A stretch of DNA of 7,598 bases from positions 1 to 7,598 of the forward strand of contig NW_021828814.1 of assembly GCF_006345805.1 (NCBI RefSeq), read 5' to 3'. The position numbers and the translations under genes are program-made. This DNA comes from Octopus sinensis. Lineage: Eukaryota. The notes beneath the pieces were generated by a model that saw only the letters and a program-made list of their open reading frames with translations, was not told the DNA's origin and did not search any database. Below, piece after piece: positions 1 to 7,051 of the stretch (position 1 is its first letter; each line of letters opens with the position of its first letter).

Positions 1-775
1 TAGGTCAGATATTGCCGAGGCAGAGACGGAAATGCCTCGTGAAAATATCTGTTCCGACTTGGCTATTTCTTACTGATGATTCTAAGGGCCTATGGAAGAT
101 TGGCTTGATTTAATTTAATCAGTTTAGTTTACCATTAAACAGTTGATGAAACGGTGCATCGTATAAAATTACAGGGTAAATGTTTTTTTAATTTTCTCCT
201 GGTTTACGGAATTGATGTTATTTTGCGGTTGAAGCTTTTGGCTGTTATTTCTAGTGGGGAATGGCCATTATGGCCGTTCCTTGATTGTGATGTTGAACTT
301 AAAAATGGTCTATGACTATTTAATTTTTTCCACTAGGCCGCTGGGGCAAAAAACTCTAACAAATTTTTTGCCACCCTATATTGATTAATTATGAATTTTT
401 CTGGTTAATTCCGTAATGGAATCGGCGGCTTATATTTTTATTTGCTGCCGATAAATTTGGCGCGAGTGCGATGATTTGAAAATTTTAGGTCAGATATTGC
501 CGAGGCAGAGACGGAAATGCCTCGTGAAAATATCTGTTCCGACTTGGCTATTTCTTACTGATGATTCTAAGGGCCTATGGAAGATTGGCTTGATTTAATT
601 TAATCAGGTTAGTTTACCATTAAACAGTAGATGAAACGGTGCATCGTATAAGAAATTACAAGGTAAATGTTTTTTTAACTTTCTCCTGGTTTACGGAATT
701 GATGTTATTTTGCGGTTGAAGCTTTTGGCTGTTATTTCTAGTGGGTGAATGGCCTATTATGGCCGTTCCTTGATT

Positions 776-780
<5 letters not shown>
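1..780. repeat. Tandem duplication with 485-bp period (copy 1 from 1, copy 2 at 486-780, truncated by an (AT)n tract)
   Basis: 1-291 recurs at 486-780 (taggtcagatattgccgagg...ccttgattgtgat) with about 4 substitutions and 3 small indels. 292-485 is present only once in the window. Confidence 0.95.

Positions 781-814
<34 letters not shown>
779..814. repeat. (AT)n microsatellite
   Basis: Uninterrupted AT dinucleotide run. Confidence 0.98.
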
Positions 815-818
<4 letters not shown>

Positions 819-949
819 AAAAAATATATATAAAAATACAAAATGGGACAAGAACGCAAAACATTCAAATAGACGACACAAAAAATTCGAAGCCTCTAAT
901 CTTCAGTCAAGAACCGGATCATCCTCGCATACATACATATATACATATA

Positions 950-1780
950 CTAGCTGACGTACTCGAGAATTCCCGCGAAAGCGGGGCTTATCCCTTGGTT
1001 CCGTTCTCATAATTGTTTCGCTAATCCAATAACAACAATACAAAGTATGTAGCCCTTCAAACGGCTTTTGTGCATTTACAGAGAATACCGATCTGCTTTA
1101 CACATGATCTTGTTTTTAGGAATTCCCAGTAAGTTATGAATACACAAATTGTGAAGTCAGTTATGTAATAACATGAAATTAATTACCCGTTAGTAAGAAT
1201 TCAAATAAAGTAGCCCCCAAAATGGCTTTAATGCATTCCCAGATAATATAGAACATAGGAGGAAATAGTAATAAGGTATGTATACTAAAATCGTGGAGCA
1301 TGTTACGTAATAACAGGCTAATCAGATATGAGATAATAACAGTTCAAAGTAAATGACTGATAAGGGCTTTTGTGTGTTCCCAGAGAATATTACCCTCAGG
1401 GGCGTTAGTGTTGGTATCTTCGTGAATAAGTCACGTAGATCTATTGTTCAGGAAAATCCTGTTTACTTGTTTAAAGGTTGTACTAGATAAATTGCGAAAA
1501 TAATTCTAACAAATCACATACTAAGAAATAAGCATACTCAATTTGATTTTTACCAAATAATTTAGAAAAATGAATGGATTATTTCTCTTGGCATTATATA
1601 AGGATCCCTTCCAGGGGCCACTATTATCGTTTTTTTTCAACAATCTGAGTATGCCATGAAGTTTCTAGACATGAGTTCTAGTCACTTTCCAAGTTTCATC
1701 AAAATCGTTAAAACGATGTAGGAATTAACTCCATAAACACGCTCACAGACAGAATTTCCACATATGCAGTTGGTATATAT
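950..1780 (-). mobile_element. Non-autonomous Helitron-like element (~830 bp)
   Basis: On the minus strand it ends in CTAG (950-953) followed by T, with a hairpin cccgc-gaaa-gcggg (972-985) nearby. The other end carries cgattttgatgaaacttgg (RC of 1689-1707), a subterminal motif I recall from animal non-autonomous Helitrons. It sits between AT-rich microsatellites; the 5' TC end cannot be resolved within the (AT)n tract. Confidence 0.6.
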
Positions 1781-1808
1781 ATACATACATATATAAATAT
1801 ATAATATA

Positions 1809-1858
<50 letters not shown>
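1774..1858. repeat. (AT)n microsatellite, imperfect at the left end
   Basis: Direct reading. Confidence 0.97.
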
Positions 1859-1861
<3 letters not shown>

Positions 1862-2141
1862 CGTGACCTACCAGGCTATCAGATGTTGCTACACACATTG
1901 CTGGTTATAATGCGCTTCAAAGGACGCCACCCCGCTGGCTAAGCGAGCAGGCCAGCAGAAGAAAGAGTGAGAGAAAGTTGTGGCGAAAGAGTACAGCAGG
2001 GATCACCACCAACCCGCTGCCGGAGCCTAGTGGTGTTTTGGTGTTCTCGCTCATTAAACACACAGAACGCCCGGTCTGGGAATCGAAACCACGATCCTCC
2101 CACTGCTAGTCCGCTGCCCTAACCACTGGGCCATTGGTCAC

Positions 2142-2143
<2 letters not shown>
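1857..2143 (-). mobile_element. tRNA-derived SINE (family C in this window)
   Basis: Minus-strand Pol III A box TGGCCCAGTGG (RC of 2123-2133) and B box GGTTTCGATTCCC (RC of 2078-2090). The unrelated tail ends catctgatagcctggtaggtcacggtgat and runs into (AT)n. Confidence 0.85.

Positions 2144-2144
<1 letters not shown>

Positions 2145-2175
<31 letters not shown>
2145..2175. repeat. (TA)n microsatellite separating two SINEs
   Basis: Direct reading. Confidence 0.97.
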
Positions 2176-2177
<2 letters not shown>

Positions 2178-2475
2178 TGGACCTTCCTGTTGTGGACGAC
2201 ATATAAGAGTTCAGCTTTTGCCAAACGACCTTCACAAATGATTCATTTATAGTGATCAAATGTTCGTGCCACAACTCTGCTCTCTCCCTCCATCAAATCA
2301 ACGTTACATGAACAGGTTTACTGTGTGCCACGCGTCAGATGTTGAAGTGGTTGCAGAGTAACGTGAGATGTAGTGTTTTGCTCAAGAAAACACCTCACCT
2401 CCCGGTCAAAGAATTGAAACCACGGTCTTGCGATTGTTACTGCAACACCCTAACCACTAGGCCATGCGCTCTCAC
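2176..2475 (-). mobile_element. tRNA-derived SINE with CORE-like segment (family B)
   Basis: Minus-strand head gtgagagcgcaTGGCCTAGTGGttaggg (A box, RC of 2454-2464), B box GGTTTCAATTC (RC of 2411-2421), then cttgagcaaaacact, resembling the CORE motif cttgggcaagtcactt. The tail differs from the other SINEs. Confidence 0.8.
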
Positions 2476-2516
2476 TACATATATATATATATATACATAT
2501 ATGATTATGAATAATT

Positions 2517-2723
2517 CACACACACACACACACTCACACACACATACACTCACACACACACACACTCACACACACATACACTCACACACACACACACTCA
2601 CACACACACACATACACACTCACTTTCTCTCTCTCTCACACACACAGTCACACACACATGCACTCACACACGCACACACACACGCACACACACACACACA
2701 CTCACTCACTCTCTCTCTCTCTC

Positions 2724-2754
<31 letters not shown>

Positions 2755-2756
2755 CA
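2517..2756. repeat. Compound (CA)n/(CT)n microsatellite
   Basis: Direct reading. Confidence 0.97.
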
Positions 2757-3098
2757 TTTTTCTTCATACTCAACCCGTCTTTCTAATTTCATTCTATGAT
2801 TTGCCAGACAAGATTTAATTTTGTGCCACCCACCCGTGACCTGCAACAAGTCCTTCTTCCCCAATACCATTTCTAAAACCGTAACGCTCAAACACTCTTC
2901 TCCCTCCTCCCCCACATCCGCCACCGCCATCACCTCTGCCATCTCCAAACCCACACCTAAGTTGGACATTCCGGAAACTTCATCGATTTAACCAAACGGA
3001 GAATTTCAACACAGAAACAATGACGAAAGCAAAAATAAAAGCACCGTGAAAAATGGAGTTTTCAAATCTTCGGATTTTTATTAATGGGATTGATAACA

Positions 3099-3895
3099 GG
3101 TGGTGGTGGTGGTGGTGGTGGAGGTGGAGGTGGTGGTGCTGGTTGTGGTGGTGGGGTTGTGGTGGTAGGGGTTGTGGTTGTTGCTGTTGTTGTGGCGGTG
3201 GTGGTGGTAATGGTGTTGGCTGTGGTTGTTGTTGTAGTGGTGGTGGTTTTCGTGGTGGTTGTAGTGGTTGTTGCTGTTGTTGTGGCGGTGGTGGTGGTAA
3301 TGGTGTTGGCTGTGGTTGTTGTTGTAGTGGTGGTGGTTTTCGTGGTGGTGGTAGTGGTTGTTGCTGTTGTTGTGGTTGTTGTTGTTGTTGTTGTTGTTGT
3401 GGTGGTGGTGGTGGTGGTGGTAGAGGTGGTGGTAGTGGTGCTGGTTGTGGTGGTGGGGGTTGTGGTTGTTGCTGTTGTTGTTGTGGCGGTGGTAGTGGTG
3501 GTAATGGTGTTGGCTGTGGTTGATGTTGTACTGGTGGTGGTTTTCGTGGTGGTGGTAGTGGTTGTTGCTGTTGTTGTGGCGGTGGTTGTAGTGGTGATGG
3601 TGGTGGTGGTGGTGGTGACGGATGTGATAATGGTGGTAGTTATGATGGTGGTGGTGGTTGTGGTTGTTCCTGTTGTTGTTGCGGTGGTGGTGGTGGTAAT
3701 GGTGTTGGCTGTGGTTGTTGTAGTGGTGGTAGTGGTTGTTGCTGTTGTTGTGGCGGTGTGATGGTGATGGTGGTGGTGGTAGTAGTGATGGTTGTGGCTG
3801 GTGGTGGTAGTGATGGTTGTGATACGGAGGTAGTAGCGGTGTTGTTGTTGCTGATGTTGGTGTTTGTGGCGTTGGTGGTGTTGGTGCTAGTAGCA
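3099..3895. repeat. GGT/GTT/TGT trinucleotide low-complexity block with a 90-bp higher-order minisatellite
   Basis: Units 3176-3265 and 3266-3355 differ at one base (3260 t vs 3350 g). Further rearranged partial units extend to ~3756, with degenerate GGT/GAT/GTT sequence after that. Confidence 0.95.
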
Positions 3896-4008
3896 GATGT
3901 CTTTTACCAGAATCTCCCGCCAACCCACATTTTGGAAATGAAGCTGAACCGAAGGAAAGCTTACAGCAAACGATCAGATATATTGCACTTGTAATTCAAA
4001 TTGTAATT

Positions 4009-4350
4009 GTGAAGGCACATGGCTCAGTGGTTAGAGCGTCGAGCTTACGATCGTGAGGTTGTGAGTTCGAATCCCGGACCGGGCTGTGTGTTGTGTTCTT
4101 GAGCAAGACACTTTATTTGACGTTGCTCCATTTCACTCATCTGTAGAAATGAGTTGCGACGTCACGGGTGCCAAGCTGTATCGGCCCCTTTGCTTTTCCC
4201 TTGGATAACACTGGTAGCGTGGAGAGGGGAGGCCGGTATGCATGGGCGACTGCTGGTCTTCTATAAAAAACAACCTTGCCCGGACTTGTGCCTGGGAGGG
4301 TAACTTCCGAGGTGCAATCCCATGGTCAGTCATGACCGAAGGGGGTTCTC
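4009..4350 (+). mobile_element. tRNA-derived CORE-type SINE (family A, copy 1)
   Basis: A box TGGCTCAGTGG, B box GAGTTCGAATCCC, then cttgagcaagacacttta...ctcatctgtagaaatg, matching the CORE-SINE motif (cttgggcaagtcactt...ctcatctgtaaaatg). It is homologous over its full length to the minus-strand copy at 7052-7398. Confidence 0.92.
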
Positions 4351-4576
4351 CGAATTCAAATACTTGTCACACGGTATCAGGGAAAGGGTATACGTATTTG
4401 TGGAGTACTTGGTCCTTTACACTATAAGTCAATCGCTCTCAACCGGAGTCCACATGACCCTTGGTAGTCCATATGACACTTGGAGGACCATATAAGATTC
4501 TGTTGTTAAAGTTTATGTGCAATAAATTGCTTATACTTCTACATTACACAAAATATTTTAACAATATTTTTATATA

Positions 4577-4976
4577 GGCGTTGGAGTGGCTGTGTGGTAA
4601 GTAGCTTGCTTACGAACGACATGATTCCGGCTTCAGTCTCACTACGTGGCACCTTGGGCAAGTGTCTTCTATATAGCCTCAGGTGAATCAAAGCCTTGTG
4701 AGTGGATCTGACAGACGGAAACTGAAAGAAGCCCGTCGTATATATGTATATATATATATATGTGTGTATATATATTTGTGTTTCTGTGTTCCTCTCCCCA
4801 ACATCGCTTGACAATCGAGGCTGGTGTATTTACGTCCCCGTAACTTAGCGGTTCGACAAAAGAGATCGATAGAATAAGTACCAGACTTACAAAGAATGAG
4901 TCCTGGGGTCGATTTGCTCGACTAAAGGCAGTGCTCCTGCATGGTCACAGTCAAATGACTGAAACAAGTAAAAGAG
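4577..4976 (+). mobile_element. tRNA-derived SINE with internal (TA)/(TG) microsatellite (family D), nested in the MITE
   Basis: A box-like tggctgtgtgg, degenerate B box ggcttcagtctc, CORE-like caccttgggcaagtgtctt, central microsatellite (~4739-4790) and a tail ending gaaacaagtaaaagag. It is flanked by tata (4573-4576, 4977-4980). I recall this as a very abundant octopus SINE. Confidence 0.85.
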
Positions 4977-4993
4977 TATACAATATCTAATAA

Positions 4994-5227
4994 TATGTAA
5001 ACCTCCTCGAGGAATGTGAAGACGCAGGCTGGAAAGCGGAACATTTTCCTATCGACGTCGGATGTAGAGGGTTCGTTTGACCCAGTGTGAGATGACTGTT
5101 GTTATCGCCAGTCCTATCTCATCGTAAAGTCAATACCACCATGACCGATATCCAATCTACAGTGGAGAAGTCTAGCCACTGGATTTGGTTAAAAAGAGAC
5201 GATGAGCGATGGCTAGAAGGATATTGA
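4994..5227 (+). pseudogene. Decayed C-terminus of a non-LTR retrotransposon ORF with restriction-like endonuclease (HERO/R2-group)
   Basis: One frame reads YVNLLEECEDAGWKAEHFPIDVGCRGFV*PSVR*LLLSPVLSHRKVNTTMTDIQSTVEKSSHWIWLKRDDERWLEGY*. The C..GW....PI(E/D)VGCRGF and E.(A/S)S.W(I/L)W.KR motifs match my recollection of HERO-clade RLE C-termini. There are two internal TGA stops (5078, 5093). It is absent from the supplied ORF track. Confidence 0.8.
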
Positions 5228-5424
5228 GCTTTATTTGATAACCAGCTGATCTAGCAAGCTGGGCCTCATATCAGTGAGGGGAGCCGGTGCGCATTGATGC
5301 CGTCGAAAGGTAGGCCCCGAAACGGCGCGCATTCTTTCCTGATGACCCCATACACTTGCTGGCTTCCGGTATGCGGAGTTTTTGACTGGTAGCACTTGCA
5401 TGTGCAAGTTGTTTGCAAGACATC
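4997..5424 (+). mobile_element. 5'-truncated HERO-like non-LTR retrotransposon fragment (ORF end plus 3' UTR)
   Basis: The pseudogene above is followed by ~200 bp of GC-richer, hairpin-forming sequence before AT-rich MITE sequence resumes. The 3' boundary is approximate, and no poly(A) or TSD is seen. Confidence 0.7.
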
Positions 5425-5620
5425 AATTACAAAAACACAAGGCTTGTGGGGTCCATCAAAGTAAAATGGGAACCAGAGGGGGTCCATGGTACAAAAATGG
5501 TTGAGAAACACTGCTATAAGTCAATGAGTCGGTAGAGCATTTTGATCATACAACTTGAATATTCATCGTCGAAATAGACGGAGATCCCATTTATCAAAAA
5601 AACAAACAAAAAAAGAAAAA

Positions 5621-5795
5621 GTGCGTATGTGTATGTCTGTTTGAGTGTATGTCAGTGAGTATGAATGCATGTATGTTTGTGTGTCTGTTTGTGTTAATAT
5701 GTATGTATATGTATGTCCCTGCGTGTGCGTCCGTATGAATATGTGTGAGTGTGTGTATGTATGTCTGTTTGTGTCAACTTGTACATGTATGTGTT

Positions 5796-5846
<51 letters not shown>

Positions 5847-5937
5847 CTGAATGAATGTGTACATACATGTATGTGTTTTATGTGTGTGTGTGCGTGCGTG
5901 CGTGTGTGTGCGTGTGGGTGTCTCTGTGTGTGTACGT
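5621..5937. repeat. Compound (TG)n/(TATG)n microsatellite
   Basis: Direct reading. Confidence 0.96.
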
Positions 5938-6143
5938 ACAAAGTTGAAGGATTAGGAAAAAGCGACATCTGGCAGGGAGTTATTGAATTTATGACCGCCA
6001 AAGTAAATTAATATCACATTGATATCGATTTCTAAATCAACTCCTAAGCCGCACGCTTAAGGTGACGAGTGTCATAGATTTAATCAACCGCATCATATTA
6101 CTGGTATTCGTTTCCATTTCGGAAGGATCAAACCTCAGTGATA

Positions 6144-6506
6144 TCTCTCTATATATAAACGGCAAAATGTCTGTGTGTGTGTCCTTTATAAAAATCCACA
6201 ATTTTTCAGTTAGAGGGCTTGCACATTCTATGGTCATTAAAAACCGCCCAAGGGTGGTCGTGCACATCTTTACATTTCCCCAGTCACCCCGCAAAGCCAT
6301 TAAAAATCAATAGAAGTGACTTTTTTGTGAATTTTCTATCCAAAACCCAATCAAAATGCCCGAAACTTGATACACCAATTGAATGCCAGCTAGCTGTATG
6401 TGATTGGTCGGAGATTTGGACAGCAGTTGCGTGTATGTGTGCACACACGCAGCTGTATATGCATGCACTAACACTATGACCCGGCGTTGCCGGGTCGTAG
6501 TGCTAG
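6144..6506 (+). mobile_element. Complete non-autonomous Helitron (363 bp)
   Basis: Host A (6143), then 5'-TCtctctatatataaacggcaaaatgtctgtgtgtg; 3' hairpin and terminal CTAG (6503-6506), then host T (6507); no TSD. This matches the canonical A^TC...CTRR^T Helitron signature. Confidence 0.88.
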
Positions 6507-6576
6507 TTAATGATAAAACGAGAACAATTTTGAAAGGAATGTCTTCTGTTGAGTTTGTTTTTCCCTTGGTTTTGAC

Positions 6577-6832
6577 CAGTGTCCTGCAACCTTTTTTCAC
6601 TTGCGGTACACATATATTTTTTTTCAAAATTCGGCGGCACACCTGAACTAAAGATATAACTAGAAGTACAGAGAAAGAAATTATATTCAGGTTACACTGC
6701 AGCACATCTAACATCGTATCGTGGCACACTTGCGGTACACATATATTTTTTTCAAAATTCGGCGGCACACCTGAGCTAAAAATATAACTAAAAGTACAGA
6801 GATGCCACGACATACCGGTTTGCGGAGAACTG
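6577..6832. mobile_element. Degenerate hAT (Charlie-like) MITE with internal duplication
   Basis: Ends cagtgtcctgcaacc and ggtttgcggagaactg (RC cagttctccgcaaacc), with repeated gcggcacac-like subterminal motifs. Flanking 8-mers gttttgac and atttagaa match at 5/8 and resemble the Charlie target consensus NTCTAGAN. Confidence 0.65.
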
Positions 6833-7051
6833 ATTTAGAACATAATTGGCATGCTGATTCAAAACTATAGGCAGTTTTCTTCTATCAGCACGTCAAGTTA
6901 TTTTTTTCCTACAGCTTACTCTCTGAATAAGCACAGTTGTATTGTTTGTCCATTAGTAATAGGAGTGATCAGTTTCTTTTATCATTTAATCGATAACACC
7001 GAAGAACATTTTCAAAATAAACTTTTAGTTGCCTTGCTTTTTTTACAATTA

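Larger units (their letters stand above)
4430..5513. mobile_element. hAT-superfamily MITE carrying two nested insertions
   Basis: Identical 8-bp TSD ctataagt at 4422-4429 and 5514-5521. TIRs are caatcgctctcaacc (4430-4444) and ggttgagaaacactg (5499-5513; RC cagtgtttctcaacc, 11/15 match). Repeated ggggtcca-like subterminal motifs occur at both ends. An 8-bp TSD with CAG...CTG-type TIRs is typical of hAT. Confidence 0.85.

Noticed and set aside
73-110. CTGATGA in the tandem unit as a hammerhead or C-box
   Set aside because: There is no suitably placed GAAA or flanking stems.
886-906. Minus-strand CTGAAGA...CGAAT, a possible Penelope-type hammerhead
   Set aside because: The intervening ttagaggctt cannot form stem II and the GAAA core is broken; I cannot assign the 835-929 segment to a family with confidence.
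656-957. ORFs 656-868, 745-957, 2339-2818, 2706-2969, 5563-5868, 5645-5854, 5745-6011, 5795-6001
   Set aside because: These are translations of (AT)n, (CA)n, (CT)n and (TG)n microsatellites (YI, HT, CV, RE runs).
3521-3523. TGA at a Cys position as selenocysteine
   Set aside because: No SECIS is identifiable downstream; a single T-to-A change in a repeat is the simpler explanation.
3081-3923. 280-aa His/Asn-rich minus-strand ORF and 225-aa poly-Val plus-strand ORF (3084-3761)
   Set aside because: The minus ORF starts at TTG, not ATG, and drifts between Pro-, His/Asn- and Thr-type registers. Lack of stops follows from base composition. Poly-Val is an implausible product.
4009-4085. SINE heads as tRNA genes
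   Set aside because: No complete cloverleaf or acceptor stem; each continues into a SINE body.
4133-4333. Homologous ORF pair 4133-4333 (-) and 7077-7289 (+) that looks like a small gene family
   Set aside because: Both are antisense readings of the same non-coding SINE family.
2517-5937. (CA)n and (TG)n tracts as long terminal inverted repeats of one element
   Set aside because: Complementarity is only compositional and such tracts are ubiquitous in this kind of genome; there is no TSD or unique shared sequence.
6598-6802. Direct repeats or the 90-bp units as a CRISPR array
   Set aside because: Eukaryotic context, wrong repeat size, no unique spacers, no cas genes.
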